DNA of 54,877 bases, counting the filler, from Malassezia furfur (lineage: Eukaryota): NCBI GenBank assembly GCA_052055015.1. It is 2 parts of 2 records of this genome, joined end to end, with 100 filler letters (N's around TTAATTAATTAA, not from the genome) between each part and the next. Parts side by side here need not be neighbours in the genome. Positions count along the whole stretch, not along the records: positions 1 to 27,391 come from JBQJIT010000116.1; 1 more part is not named here. One strand, given 5' to 3'. The notes under the pieces were generated by a model. The model worked only from the letters and a program-made list of their open reading frames with translations, was not told the DNA's origin and did no database searches. Position numbers and translations under genes: made by a program. This document shows, piece by piece, positions 12,166-23,791 of the stretch. Position 1 is the stretch's first letter. The number at the start of each line of letters is the position of its first letter.

Positions 12166-12486
12166 CTTGAGTATGTTAGGAAGAAACCCCGGACGGTAAT
12201 GACACGCACCCTTTTCCCGGTTCCGGTAGGCCAATGCGAGATAATCCAATGCCCACAAAGCACGCGGCATTTCCCGACGCGGAGAAATCCGGGGTTGGCA
12301 TAACAACACGTGGCAATCCTATGAGAAAACGCCAAGATGGAGTTCAAGGAACGCACGGGCCATGGGCCGTGCATTTTACAACCTGTGGCAAACTCAGGGT
12401 CCGTCTACATAACGACCCCGATTATTGATATAACAGATATTTGTACGAATGCTAATGTGAGTCTATCAAACAATTATGTGCTTCCT

Positions 12487-13419
12487 TTACTTGGCGTCCA
12501 GCTTCTTGGACACGTCGTCAGCCTTCGACGACAGCTCCTCCTTGGCCTTGCTAGTCTCCTTCTCGGCAGTGTCAACTGCGGTGTCAACCGAGGAAAGAAT
12601 CGACTTGTGCAATGCCGGAAGCGTGTCAGTCTTAAGATAGTTGATGATCTTTCCGACACGCTCTTGCACAGGAGCCTTGGAGTCAAAGGCCTCCTTGTAA
12701 GCCTCCTGGTACGTCGACTGGAACGTGTCGATGACAGGGGCAAGGCGCTTTTGGCCCTCAGCAGGAAGGCTTTTGGCGTACTTGTTCAGGTTGTCGAGTT
12801 CGGTGAACAGGTTGTTAACAAGACCCTGCGCCTTCTCCTCGCCTTCGGCAACGTCAGCCTTGCCCTTCTTCGACCAGTCCTGGTAGAGCGAGGTCAGCTT
12901 CTCGTTAATAGAGACAATCGTGTTTCCAGCCCGTTGCAGATGAACGTTTTCATTCTGCTGAAGTTGCTGAACGGCCTTGTTCGTCTGATCATAAAGGTGC
13001 TGAGCATTGTCCTTAGCAGAGTTCTTGTAGGTCGTCATGATATCGTCCGCCTTGACGAAAGGATGCTTCGCCAGCGAGTACAGATCCTCCCACTTCACCT
13101 CGAATGGATAGGGGAACTTGCCCTTCACAAAGTCGAGCGTCTGCAGGCAGACGTGGTCCACCTTGTGCAACGGCGTGCTCAGACGAGTGGTTACAGGCTC
13201 AGCCAGCTTGAGCGAGACAGCAAGGACCTCCTCGCCCAGCAAAAACGAACGGTAGAGAATGCCATGTGCCTTGATAACAGAGTAGGTGTAGTCCACAGCC
13301 TGGGAAACGAGCGGAACTTTGGAAATGAAGCCGATCGTTTCGCTCTCCTTGAGCGAGTTCAGCGCAGCGTGCTGCTCGCTGGAGAGTTGAGGTGCGGTAG
13401 ACGTCTGCGTGCTAGTCAT
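12487..13419 (-). CDS. Perilipin/CAP20-like lipid-droplet protein
   Basis: N-terminal PAT-like segment (SKVPLVSQAV...PLHKVDHVCLQTLDFVKGKFP) followed by amphipathic helices; strong codon bias. Confidence 0.65.
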   Translation of the reverse strand: MTSTQTSTAPQLSSEQHAALNSLKESETIGFISKVPLVSQAVDYTYSVIKAHGILYRSFLLGEEVLAVSLKLAEPVTTRLSTPLHKVDHVCLQTLDFVKGKFPYPFEVKWEDLYSLAKHPFVKADDIMTTYKNSAKDNAQHLYDQTNKAVQQLQQNENVHLQRAGNTIVSINEKLTSLYQDWSKKGKADVAEGEEKAQGLVNNLFTELDNLNKYAKSLPAEGQKRLAPVIDTFQSTYQEAYKEAFDSKAPVQERVGKIINYLKTDTLPALHKSILSSVDTAVDTAEKETSKAKEELSSKADDVSKKLDAK

Positions 13420-13793
13420 TTCTGATGATTGCAACAAGATGAGAGAGTCTAACCTGAGATACAAGATGACAACGTAGTTATACGTGCTCAGTTAGTCCGT
13501 GAAACCTGCACCAGTAACGCTAAAACGTGCATGGATTGGTGTTTTATTGGCAGCTTTATCCTATTTCTGCCAAAATAGTGTATTCACCGTGACACCCAGG
13601 GTCCAAGTACTCATTCTATTCGCTGGAATTTACGCCGACCACGTGGAGGCCGAGCCTTTTTTTCCGATAAGGACACGGCGCGCATGATTGTGGTGCTAAG
13701 TCGTCTTGGGCGCAGCCAATTGTATGGGCCAATCTTGGCATGACTCTGGTGGTACGACTTATGGCGGTACATTGCTGATGCGCTAGTTGTATT

Positions 13794-14646
13794 TTAGTTG
13801 TCTATCTCGTCATCATCCAATTGGAAGACCGATTCAGTGCCCACTTGACCAGGCGCATTTTCGTAGGGCTCATCAAGCCAGGCACCATTGGTGCGCTCAG
13901 GTGCGTGATCGACACTGGAGGCATCCCAGTCGTTCACCTCGTAAGCATCCTCGTCCTGCCTCATGCCTGTTCCAAGAGGTGCATAGAGTGGCTCAATCTC
14001 GCGGTTGGCTCTGTATTGACGCTCAACGTGGTAAGCAGCGTAGAGTCCGATCGAAGAGCCGGCCAGATTGGCCAAGATATCGCCGAGCTGGAACGTTTTG
14101 TACTGTCATGAGTGCCTTCTGAACTCACTGGCAGCAGACTTTGGACAAATTCTGAGCCAATTGCTCCAACGACAATACTCGCCACGAAGGAGATGGCCAG
14201 AGGGGTATAACGCCAAATCGATATTCTGCGCACGGACTCTCGTCAGAATCATATTAAACGCACTTCATCGAGATCCCAAATCATATAGCACAAGAAGGAT
14301 GCCTGGATTAGAATTGTCGTGGGTCACATACAAGCATGAATCCAAAAAAATGCATCACCTTGTCGTTCACATAAATGTACCCTTGCGCGGAGGGGTGAAA
14401 ACTGACATTAGGTCGAGTAACATACCCAAGAATACCAAGAAGCACCATGACGAGTACAGTTAGCCCTATAATTACGGGTCTCACGCGGATAGGCAGGGTG
14501 TATTGTTCGTGTGAGCGGTGCCAAAGCAACAATTGGGGCAGCGGTATGGATTGCATGGTGTAATGCTTAATGCGCTGCCAAAGACGGGGATTGTTGGGCA
14601 TGATACCCCGGACTTGATCCAGCGCATCATTGAGTAGTATAGGCAT
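13794..14646 (-). CDS. VanZ-like membrane protein; about 5 exons
   Basis: NDKVMHFFGF, SEFVQSLLP, FQLGDILANLAGS; introns include 14402-14425, 14237-14263 and 14103-14128; start uncertain. Confidence 0.8.
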
Positions 14647-15087
14647 GTTGTCGAGTGGCAAAGACGCGTCACTTCTCGACTGTTGAACTTGCAGGAGACG
14701 CCCGTGCACACAGCTCCACGGCTTTGGTCTCCGAACGAAACTTGAAATCGGCCGAACTAACACGCTTAAATGGGGCGCAATTATTCTTGCAGTGGAGAAA
14801 GTGTCAATTCCCTACATGAAGAGGAAATGGGTAGCTGAGGACAGTGGTAGTAGGGTGGGTGGGGAAAGCTATGGACTTCTAAAAAGTACGGAGGGTCTTG
14901 CCCTGACATTCTCGCAAATACATTCTAGGCATGGACCTGCCACCTAGAACGGTATCGCGATCCCGACATAGAAGCTTCTTTCATTGACCAGCATCGTGGG
15001 CGGGGTGGGGGAGGAAAAGGCGGGAAAGATGGGTGACAATCGTGATTTTGCACGTTACAGACTCGAGGCCGAATTACCATGCAAAAA

Positions 15088-16371
15088 TCATTCAGCGTAA
15101 TAGGGAGCATCTGTTCGTGTCCGCAGCTGTACCCGTGAGCCCGTCCGCTTGAGACCAGATGGGATGACATTAGTCAGGTACCGCTGCATGCCATCAGATG
15201 CAACCTGAATTGCCCGCACCGTTTTACCGTTGCGCACAGGAGTCCCTTCCTGGGACCCCGGTTGCACATATGCAGCCGGTTTAGTGGTAGCCTGCATGTT
15301 CTGCACACTCTGATGAGATGCCATCACACGCGTGGGGGTGGTGTTGATGGTGTTGATCGTCGACATCATTGCCGACTGTGACCGCGGCGGCAAACTCCCA
15401 TCCAGTGAGCTGAGCTGCATTTGGCTGACAAGTCGGGAGGTAGCTTGGAAGCGGTCGTGCTCGTCCAGTTCGCGCGCCTCATCCTCAGGCGACGACATGG
15501 CAGAACCATTGTCGTCCGTCAGCTCCGCCTCCGAAGAAATAGACGAGTTGCTGCGCGAGTGGTACGTCATGGACTTGAGTGCCGCAGTCGGAGTAAGCAG
15601 TGGTGCCGACACCCGCTTGGTCTCGGTCTTCGACGTCCGCTTCGGTGTGTCTGGTTTAGCGTTCTGGTTCCAGCAAGGCACTTGCGAAGCAGGCAGGTTG
15701 CGCAACGCAATACGGCGCTCCGAGGCACGTGCGTACCGGTCGCACTCCCGTCCAGCCTCACATCCGCGCAGGAACATCTCGCGGCGACCAGCGTCCGCGC
15801 GGCTCTCGAAACGCCGGAAAAAGGGGCTGAAGTGGAACATGATCTCCTCTTCCTCAATCCGCAGGTCGTAATCCAGAAGATAAAGCAGTTGCTTCTCCAT
15901 GAGGTTCACCTCTGCTTGGGAGAAGTAGACACAGTACCGCGTCCAGTGCTTGTTCTTTGGAGACGAGTCGTTCAAGTTTTTCGCAGCGACAATGAGCGTC
16001 GCAAGGAACACGCGGTGGAGCGTACAAGGCATGCCCTTGGCGACTCGGGGCAGCCGGAATTTCAGACGCTCCAGGTACACTAGCGTGCTGAGCAGCGTTG
16101 GGACCTGGACGTTGCTCTTCTCCACCAACATCATAATAAATGCCTCCAATGTTGGCAGGTTCTGAATCCGGGGCGCACTCGAGGACTCCTGCGACTGCTC
16201 ACCCGGACCAGCCGGCGAGCACTGGATCACATCACTGGCTTGCTTCGCAATGTAAGCCACCATGTCGCGAGACACAGGGCACCGGATGAGATCCGTCAGG
16301 GAAGGGCTGTGCGCGATGCGCGGCAGCAGACTTGCCGGGTGACGGCGCATAGCACTGCTGGGAATTGACAT
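15088..16371 (-). CDS. Pho85-type cyclin (Pcl1/Pcl2 family)
   Basis: [64 protein letters not shown]. Confidence 0.92.
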   Translation of the reverse strand: MSIPSSAMRRHPASLLPRIAHSPSLTDLIRCPVSRDMVAYIAKQASDVIQCSPAGPGEQSQESSSAPRIQNLPTLEAFIMMLVEKSNVQVPTLLSTLVYLERLKFRLPRVAKGMPCTLHRVFLATLIVAAKNLNDSSPKNKHWTRYCVYFSQAEVNLMEKQLLYLLDYDLRIEEEEIMFHFSPFFRRFESRADAGRREMFLRGCEAGRECDRYARASERRIALRNLPASQVPCWNQNAKPDTPKRTSKTETKRVSAPLLTPTAALKSMTYHSRSNSSISSEAELTDDNGSAMSSPEDEARELDEHDRFQATSRLVSQMQLSSLDGSLPPRSQSAMMSTINTINTTPTRVMASHQSVQNMQATTKPAAYVQPGSQEGTPVRNGKTVRAIQVASDGMQRYLTNVIPSGLKRTGSRVQLRTRTDAPYYAE

Positions 16372-17074
16372 GGTATAAAGTATCCACGCAGCGTTTCAGG
16401 AGAGGTTAAAGGGGCGGCGTAGGCTTGTGGTGCAAGTGCACAATCTCCGTGTCTAATGCGAACCAGCGACAATAGACCCGAGAGACACCAAGTCTAGGAC
16501 GGAATTGAGAAAAGGGAGGGTCGTCGAACCGAGCAGATGGAAGGCGCTGCTGGGGCTGACAGTGTTAGATTCCCCGGGGTAAATGGCAGTGCGCCGTAGT
16601 GCGTACCAGCCGACACTTAACACAGCTTACTTCGCTTGATCGCGTGTCCGTGCAGCGAAGCACTAAAAATGCGCGGCAAGGCTAGGTTCAGGGGGGGTGC
16701 ACGAGAGCCGCACGAGATGCACTTCACACGTATAATGAGCAGTGAGTATGCCAGGGGGGCAGGACGCTGCGTGAATCGAGACGCCGCCGCAGGCGTTCTG
16801 CTCGACAAGGGGAGGAGACAACCTGCAGGTGTCTGCAACAGCCGCTTCTTTAGTTTGGATCTGGACGGCTCCCATGGCAAACTCTCTGCAGCATCGTTCC
16901 GCTGCATTCCCCTGCATAGAAGTTACATACGTGTGCATATGAGTGGAGGAGCATGCACCCCCTGCGAAAATTGTTCTACCCCTGCAGACTCCGCGCATCT
17001 CCACACCCATTTAATTTGTTCTGAAAAATGCAGGGGTATGTAGGACGTCATTTTCTACGAAAGGCCCGTGCGCG

Positions 17075-19474
17075 TCAGGCGGTGGGAAGCAGGACACGAT
17101 CGTAGACGGTCCACTTGTGGAGCTCGCGGGCCAAATAATTCATACGCGCTTCCCAATTGGCGAGGGCACGAAGTCGTACAGCTGCACTAGCATTGCCCCA
17201 ATATGCGCGCAGCGGCTCTCGAAGGTTCATGTGATTTTGTAATAGCATTTCCAACGCACGCTTATGCTGTGCAACGCACGCCTGTTGTTCGTCTCTGCTC
17301 TGGTCACAAGACTGCAATGCCAGCAGCGGAGGATTCCAGACAGGAAGGGTGCCTTTTTCCGACTTGCTGAGCCGATCAAGTAGTCGCCTCCATAGATGGG
17401 TGGAACGCGTGGCCTGCCATGGAGGCGGTTGGTCCAAGCACGCCCAGCCGAAATCAGTGCCGTCTTCAGGGGGTTCTGCTTGGACTGAAGTACAACGCGC
17501 CGCATGGACCAGGATGGTCTGGACCCAATTGCGCACCTGTAGATCGTCACTCACTTGGAAACGGTGCTGAGTACCATCCACGAGCACAACATCAAATGCG
17601 TAATACGGTTCGGGGCTGGCCGAGACCGTGTCGGCCACCGCATGGACCAGGGAAAACTCTTTGGACGCACCATTGGCCGGGAGCTCCTCTGCATACGGTG
17701 CTTGGTCCGCATCATACAGGACGAGTCGACCCGGATGAACGGCTCCCCAATACACCGTCGCACCAGGTCTCCCAAACCTTCTCTTGGGGTACACGACAGA
17801 GTGCGCCACATATCCACGCAGCGTAGGAAACGGGTCCGTTTCCAGCGCTTCTGTACTTGGACTGCGGGATGCCGCAGAGCTCTCTGCACGCAGAGATCGC
17901 GAGCGCATCCTGCTCAACAAGCCTTTCGAGCGGCTGCGGGTTTCGCGGCGGAGCACCGGAAACGACGAAACGCGCGATAGTCTGCCCAGCGGTTCCGTGC
18001 AAATTCGATCGTACATATTTTTCAGCAGCAACTCGACCTGCGTCCTGGAAATGTCAGAATAAAGCTGCGGGGTAGCCACGCCGAGGTCGGGCGAGGCAAC
18101 CGGCTCTGCCTGCATCACTGTCACCGACGGAGGCACAGGCGTCTGAATCGAGTGAAGCGTTGCCATAGTATTGTCCACGAACTCTTCGCGGCTCATTTTA
18201 TCCGATTGGCTCGTATTCAAATCCGTGTTCAACAGAAGTAGCGCAAAGGTTACAGCGTACACTGCATCCACGGACCCCAAGAGATGAGCCGGGTTGCACA
18301 CAAAGTAGCGCTTGCTGAACTCGTTCAGAATTCGGTCAATTTGTTGTGCTTCGGCTCGCAGCGTGAGTCGGACACATAAATCGCGCAGGGCCACGTCCAA
18401 TTCCATACCATGGAAGGAAAGTTGAGCCATATACCGTTCTCGCGCGCGCGCCTGTGCCTCTGTGGCCCCCCCAAGCCACTCTGCCGTATCCTTGTGGGGC
18501 CATGATGGATCATTGGACTTGGGCATGTCCGCCCCCACACCTGCCACTGCTTCTGTGCTAGCCGTGGTGGGCATCGGATCGTAAAGTGCCTGGGTCGTTG
18601 CTGGACGCGTGGGGTTGATTACTTGTTGACTCTTGTCAGTGTTCAGCACAGCAGGTTTCGTGCTTGGTATAGCAGCGCCCAGCATGGGGAGTCCATGGAG
18701 TCCCGTGAGTGAAGGCAATGGCGCTGGCCGTGCCTCTGGGTTTAGAGAAGCCATATTTGCTGCATATACATTCATATCAGGCGATCGTGGCTCAGGCGAT
18801 GCCAGACCTGCCGGCTCTGCACGTAAACGACGGCTTGTTTCGGCGTGGTCCAGCATTTTTTCTTCCCCATCGAACTGGTCCTTGGCCTTGTAAGCCAGGG
18901 GCCCTGTCGCATGTGCCGAGACTGACGGCTTGGATGGCCCTCCTGCGACATGCAGGCCCAAACCTATCGCAGCGCCGTCGTCGAGGTCGTGTTTTGTGTC
19001 TTGCCCCAGAGGTTGTGTGAATTTTCCAGGCACACATGTGTCACTTCCTTTCTTTCGTACAAAGGATAGGGAAGACATGGGCCGCCTTGGCTCCATCCAT
19101 TGTTTTGATTCGCGAGGGGGGTCATTCTGTTTGAGCAAGGGGCGATAAGAATGCGTTGAGCGGGGTGAAGCGAGTGAGGTCGAGGGGCGATAGTCATGAA
19201 ACGTGGTCATGGATGACCTGTGATGCATATGTTCCCAGAATTTCGGCGATGGCGCCCGCTTCGCAGATGGCCATGGTGGCACGTCGGCGAGACTGTCTGG
19301 TGTCGCCTTTTGCTCACGTTGGGCGATGCTCGGTGTGAGGGACAGGCGGCGCGTTCCTGGCATGAGGATCGCCTCTTCAAAGCTCATTGCTGGCACCATT
19401 TCCATGCCTGGAGAGCGGGGCCGTGGCGTGCCGAGGGGCAGCGAAGGCACGCGTCCTGACCCTGCCCCCTCCAT
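17075..19474 (-). CDS. Sec7-domain ARF guanine-nucleotide exchange factor with PH-like domain (Syt1/Yel1/EFA6-like)
   Basis: LRAEAQQIDRILNEFS and FALLLLNTDL Sec7 motifs; PH-like region ending FQVSDDLQVRNWV. Confidence 0.85.
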   Translation of the reverse strand: MEGAGSGRVPSLPLGTPRPRSPGMEMVPAMSFEEAILMPGTRRLSLTPSIAQREQKATPDSLADVPPWPSAKRAPSPKFWEHMHHRSSMTTFHDYRPSTSLASPRSTHSYRPLLKQNDPPRESKQWMEPRRPMSSLSFVRKKGSDTCVPGKFTQPLGQDTKHDLDDGAAIGLGLHVAGGPSKPSVSAHATGPLAYKAKDQFDGEEKMLDHAETSRRLRAEPAGLASPEPRSPDMNVYAANMASLNPEARPAPLPSLTGLHGLPMLGAAIPSTKPAVLNTDKSQQVINPTRPATTQALYDPMPTTASTEAVAGVGADMPKSNDPSWPHKDTAEWLGGATEAQARARERYMAQLSFHGMELDVALRDLCVRLTLRAEAQQIDRILNEFSKRYFVCNPAHLLGSVDAVYAVTFALLLLNTDLNTSQSDKMSREEFVDNTMATLHSIQTPVPPSVTVMQAEPVASPDLGVATPQLYSDISRTQVELLLKNMYDRICTEPLGRLSRVSSFPVLRRETRSRSKGLLSRMRSRSLRAESSAASRSPSTEALETDPFPTLRGYVAHSVVYPKRRFGRPGATVYWGAVHPGRLVLYDADQAPYAEELPANGASKEFSLVHAVADTVSASPEPYYAFDVVLVDGTQHRFQVSDDLQVRNWVQTILVHAARCTSVQAEPPEDGTDFGWACLDQPPPWQATRSTHLWRRLLDRLSKSEKGTLPVWNPPLLALQSCDQSRDEQQACVAQHKRALEMLLQNHMNLREPLRAYWGNASAAVRLRALANWEARMNYLARELHKWTVYDRVLLPTA

Positions 19475-19548
19475 GTGCTGCTGGTCCGAGCGACGAGCGT
19501 CCGAAAGGTGCTGAGTCAGCTACAAAAAAAACTTGACCGGACGCGACG

Positions 19549-22182
19549 ATGAAGTCGTCGTTCCAGTTTTCGAATCTGTGCGGTACAGTGTACCAGCAGG
19601 GCAATGTGCAGTTTGGTGGCGATGGCGACACGCTGTACTCGCCCGTAGGCAACCGAATTTCCGTCTTCAATTTGGTGCGGAACACCTCGTTCACGCTTCC
19701 CTTTGAGACGCGCAAGCCGATCGTGCGCGTCGCAGTGTCCCCCGCGAACACCAATTTGGTGCTCGTCGCTGACGAGGACGGACATGCGCTACTGATGAAT
19801 GTGCAGCGGCGTGCTCTGCTCGCGCACATGAGCTTCAAGCTCCCTGTGCGTGATGCCCAGTTCTCGCCCGACGGCCGTTACCTGGCCGTGACGCACGGCA
19901 CCCAGGTGCAGGTCTGGCGCACGCCGAGCGTGCTAGTGCGCGAGTTTGCGCCATTTGTGCTGCACCGCACCTATGTGGGTCACTTTGACGACGTGCTGAG
20001 CATCACCTGGTCCAAGAACGGGCGTTTCTTCCTGACCACGTCCAAGGACATGAGCGCTCGCCTGTTCAGCCTCGACCCTGTTGCGGGCTTCCGCCCCAAG
20101 ACCTTTACGGGGCACCGTGATGCAGTGCTGCAGGCCTTTTTTTCTTTGGATGAAGAGACGATCTACACCGTGTCGCGCGACGGTGCGTGCCTGACGTGGG
20201 GCAACAAGGACAGCGACGCCGACGTCGTACAGGACGAGACGAGCGAGCACGACGCTGGTGCGAGTGCCGCGGCGGCGCTCCCCGAGAACCGCATTGGCTT
20301 CGTGCGCTGGGGCGTGATGCAGCGCAACTACTTCCACCAGGCGCATACGCAGGTGGTCTGCGCCGCGTTCCATGCGCCGACGTCGCGTCTCGTTGTGGGC
20401 TTCAGCAGTGGCCTCTTCTCGTTGTGGGACATGCCCGACTTCCAGTCGGTGCACGCACTGAGCATCAGCCAGGAGAAGATCACCAGCGTGGCGATCAACC
20501 CGTCCGGCGAGTGGCTCGCGTTTGGCGCACAGCGCCTTGGGCAGCTGCTGGTGTGGGAGTGGGCGAGCGAGTCGTACATCCTCAAGCAGCAGGGTCACTT
20601 TTTCGACATGAATACCCTGGCGTACGCACAAGACGGGCAGATCGTCGTGACGGGCGGCGATGATGGCAAAGTCAAGCTATGGAACACGGCGTCCGGCTTC
20701 TGCACCGTGACCTTCTCGGATCACACGGCGCCGGTGAGCTGCGTCGAGTTTGCCAAGCAGGGCCAGGTGCTGTTTAGCGCGAGCTTGGATGGCACGGTGC
20801 GTGCGTACGACTTGGTGCGCTACCGCAACTTCCGCACCTTTACGAGCCCCAACCCGGTGCAGTTTGTGAGTCTGGCGGTGGAGCCGAGTGGCGAGGTGGT
20901 GTGTGCGGGGAGCGCCGACGTGTTCGAGGCGTACATGTGGAGCGTCCAGACCGGCAAGCTGCTCGATGTGCTTGCGGGGCACGAAGGGCCTGTCACTGCG
21001 CTCCAGTTCGACCCGGCCGGCAGTGGGCTGCTGGCGAGCACGGGATGGGACCGCTCTGTGCGTTTCTGGGAGGTATTCCGGCGCAGTGGTGCGACAGAGG
21101 CCATGCAGCTCAATGCCGAGGGTCTCGCGCTTGCCTTCCGCCCCGACGGCCGCGAGCTGTGTGTTGCATCGCTCGATGGCCACCTGACCTTTTTCGATAC
21201 GCAGAACGGCGCAAGCCGCGGCGTGCTCGACTGCCGCCGCGACATTTCTGGCGGGCGGAGCATCAACGACAAAGTCGCGCGGCGCAACAATGCAGCAGGC
21301 GCGGCGTTCACGAGCCTGTGCTACTCTGCGGACGGCTCGTGCGTGTTGGCTGGCGGGAATGCCAACTACGTGTGCTTGTACGACGTGCGCGAGCGCGTCC
21401 TGCTCAAGCGCTGGAAGCTCAGCCTGAACGTGGCGCTCGACGGGACGCAGGACCGCCTCGATTCGCGGCAGGTCACTGACGCGGGCAACGTTGCGCTCAT
21501 CAACGACCAGTCGGACGAGGACGAGCTGACCCTTGCTGAGCGCCAGGATCGCAGTCTGCCCGGCGCGCAGCGCGGCGACCTAAGCAAGCGGTCGACGCGC
21601 CCGATGGCACGCTCCAAGTGCGTCCGCTTCGCGCCGACGGGCCAATCGTGGGCCGCGGCGACCACGAGCGGCCTGCTCCTGTACGCCCTGGACGCAGGGG
21701 CGACGTTCGACCCGACCGATCTCGACATGGACCTGACGCCACAGGCGGTGCGCAGTGCGTCGCTCGCGGGCGATGCGCTCGTGGCGCTGCTGGGCGCGCT
21801 GCGGCTCAACGACCCCGTGCTGCTGGCCGAGGTATATGAGCGCGTGAAGCCGCACGAGATTGTGCTGGTCGCGCGGCAGCTGCCGAGTCTGTACGTTGCG
21901 GACGTGCTGCAACTTGTCGCCACCCGGCTGGACCCCGCGAGCCAGAGCCCGCACGTCGAGTTCCACCTGCAGTGGCTGCGCGCCCTCTTCAACGCGCACG
22001 GCGAGGAGATCCGCGCAAAGAGCAGCACGGCGTATGCGCCCGTGCTGCGTGCGACGCAGATGGCGCTCAACGAGCTGCGTGCCAACGTCAAGACCGTGTG
22101 CGACCGCAACACGGCCACGATGCTCTACGTCTACAACGGGCTCGCGACGCAGCGCGCGCAGGAGCTCGACGATACCCCGTAG
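19549..22182 (+). CDS. PWP2: U3 snoRNP/UTP-B WD40 protein Pwp2/Utp1
   Basis: FQFSNLCGTVYQQGNV, LLVWEWASESYILKQQGH, VRAYDLVRYRNFRTF; C-terminal Utp12-like domain. Confidence 0.96.
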   Translation: MKSSFQFSNLCGTVYQQGNVQFGGDGDTLYSPVGNRISVFNLVRNTSFTLPFETRKPIVRVAVSPANTNLVLVADEDGHALLMNVQRRALLAHMSFKLPVRDAQFSPDGRYLAVTHGTQVQVWRTPSVLVREFAPFVLHRTYVGHFDDVLSITWSKNGRFFLTTSKDMSARLFSLDPVAGFRPKTFTGHRDAVLQAFFSLDEETIYTVSRDGACLTWGNKDSDADVVQDETSEHDAGASAAAALPENRIGFVRWGVMQRNYFHQAHTQVVCAAFHAPTSRLVVGFSSGLFSLWDMPDFQSVHALSISQEKITSVAINPSGEWLAFGAQRLGQLLVWEWASESYILKQQGHFFDMNTLAYAQDGQIVVTGGDDGKVKLWNTASGFCTVTFSDHTAPVSCVEFAKQGQVLFSASLDGTVRAYDLVRYRNFRTFTSPNPVQFVSLAVEPSGEVVCAGSADVFEAYMWSVQTGKLLDVLAGHEGPVTALQFDPAGSGLLASTGWDRSVRFWEVFRRSGATEAMQLNAEGLALAFRPDGRELCVASLDGHLTFFDTQNGASRGVLDCRRDISGGRSINDKVARRNNAAGAAFTSLCYSADGSCVLAGGNANYVCLYDVRERVLLKRWKLSLNVALDGTQDRLDSRQVTDAGNVALINDQSDEDELTLAERQDRSLPGAQRGDLSKRSTRPMARSKCVRFAPTGQSWAAATTSGLLLYALDAGATFDPTDLDMDLTPQAVRSASLAGDALVALLGALRLNDPVLLAEVYERVKPHEIVLVARQLPSLYVADVLQLVATRLDPASQSPHVEFHLQWLRALFNAHGEEIRAKSSTAYAPVLRATQMALNELRANVKTVCDRNTATMLYVYNGLATQRAQELDDTP

Positions 22183-22218
22183 ATATGCCATACGTTACTA
22201 TACAAGCTCGTGTGTCGA

Positions 22219-23724
22219 TCACTCGACGCGCTGGCGCTTGGCGGGCGCCCCGTGAGTGTGCGGCTTCTCCTTGGCCTTGAGGCCGGTGCCGTGCGTGACG
22301 TTCACCTTGGGCGGCACCGCAAAGCCGAACGCCTTGGCGACCTTGGCGAGGTCAAGTTGGTTGATGTCGTAGATCCGCTTCAGCGAGTAGGAGCCGTACG
22401 CCTGGATGTACGACCGGTAGCCCTCCTTGGCGGACTGGTGCAGGTAGTAGTTCTTGGCGATCAACTTTTCGAGCTGGTTCTGCACGTTGGCAATCTTGTT
22501 CGGCGGGAAGGAGTACTCGTTCAGCGGCACCTTGGCGACTTTGAGGAAGCGCAAGAAGCCCAGCTCGCTCGGCAGCAGGAACAGCAGCGAGCGGCCGCCC
22601 TTGCCGCCACGCGCCGTACGCCCGACGCGGTGGATGTAGTCGCGCGGGTCGTCCGGCGGGTCAAACTGGATGATCCAGTCGACCGCCGGAATGTCCAACC
22701 CACGCGCCGCCACATCGGTACACAGCAGCGTGCCGTGTTGTGCGTTGCAGAATTCGAAGAAGGTCGTGCTGCGCTTCTGCTGCTTCTGCTTGCCGTGCAA
22801 ATCGAGCACGGGGACGTCGATGTAGTTGAGCAGCTCCGCGTAGTACTTGACGCTGTTGCAGCTGTTCATGAACACAATCACCTTTTTGCCCGCGTTGCGC
22901 TTCAGGAACGTGAACAGGAGCAGGAAGCGCTTGTCGCTGTCGCACACCACGTAGCCCTGCTCGAGCTTGGACACGGTCGAGGCAGCAAGCTGCTGGTGCA
23001 CGTTGATGTACAGCGGCCCCGGCCGCAGCGAAATCCGCGCCAAGTCCTGCACCTTGGTGGTCTGCGTCGCAGAGAACAGCATCGACTGGCGGTTCTCGTT
23101 GGGCAAAATGCGCACAATCTCGCGCATCTCCTCCTCGAAACCAATCTCGAGGATGCGGTCGGCCTCGTCGATGATGAGCGCCTTGAGGTTGCTAAACACA
23201 AAGCCCTTGGTGTTTTGCAGGTGGTCGAGCAGGCGGCCGGGCGTTGCAATGATGAGGTTGACGCCCTTTTGCAGCTTGTCTGCCTCCGCCTTGCGGTTCG
23301 CACCGCCCATGACGATACCGAGCGTCTGGCTGTGGTGCGCCATGAGCTCCTTGGCGACACCAAAGATTTGCAGCGCCAGTTCGCGCGTCGGCGAAATGAC
23401 AATCGCGCCCGTGCCGTTGCGCGGCTTGAACTTGAGCCGGTGCAGCATCTCGATCGCGGGGATGAGGAAGGCGAGCGTCTTGCCACTGCCCGTCTGCGCC
23501 GCACCGAGCACGTCCTTGCCCGCGAGCAGGGGGGGAATGCAGCGCGCCTGGACTTCGGTCATCGTCTTGAACCCCATGGCGTCCAGCGCACGCGCGGTCG
23601 GCGCAGTGAGGTCCAGCTTGGAGAAGGGCACACGCTCCGCGACCTCGGCATTCTCGCGGTGCGTCGCGTCCTCGTGCAGCTCGCGCTCGAGCTTGGCCTC
23701 CTCGGCATCCGCAGGCGCCTTCAT
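22219..23724 (-). CDS. HAS1: DEAD-box RNA helicase Has1/DDX18
   Basis: [51 protein letters not shown]. Confidence 0.96.
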   Translation of the reverse strand: MKAPADAEEAKLERELHEDATHRENAEVAERVPFSKLDLTAPTARALDAMGFKTMTEVQARCIPPLLAGKDVLGAAQTGSGKTLAFLIPAIEMLHRLKFKPRNGTGAIVISPTRELALQIFGVAKELMAHHSQTLGIVMGGANRKAEADKLQKGVNLIIATPGRLLDHLQNTKGFVFSNLKALIIDEADRILEIGFEEEMREIVRILPNENRQSMLFSATQTTKVQDLARISLRPGPLYINVHQQLAASTVSKLEQGYVVCDSDKRFLLLFTFLKRNAGKKVIVFMNSCNSVKYYAELLNYIDVPVLDLHGKQKQQKRSTTFFEFCNAQHGTLLCTDVAARGLDIPAVDWIIQFDPPDDPRDYIHRVGRTARGGKGGRSLLFLLPSELGFLRFLKVAKVPLNEYSFPPNKIANVQNQLEKLIAKNYYLHQSAKEGYRSYIQAYGSYSLKRIYDINQLDLAKVAKAFGFAVPPKVNVTHGTGLKAKEKPHTHGAPAKRQRVE

Positions 23725-23791
23725 CGTGGCGATTTTCCACGGCAAAAATGGCTTAGTCAGACTTTTTTTGTCGGTAGCTGCGTCTTCCGTG

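Noticed and set aside
11113..13425. Long + strand ORFs (396 and 362 aa) opposite FBP1 and the perilipin-like gene, and similar ORFs opposite HAS1, RPT3 and MON2
   Set aside because: Antisense shadows caused by GC3-biased codon usage; no recognisable protein features
22967..23791. 275-codon N-terminal extension of UTP21 in the ORF track (1215 aa)
   Set aside because: It is the antisense shadow of HAS1; recognisable Utp21 sequence starts after ATG 23792
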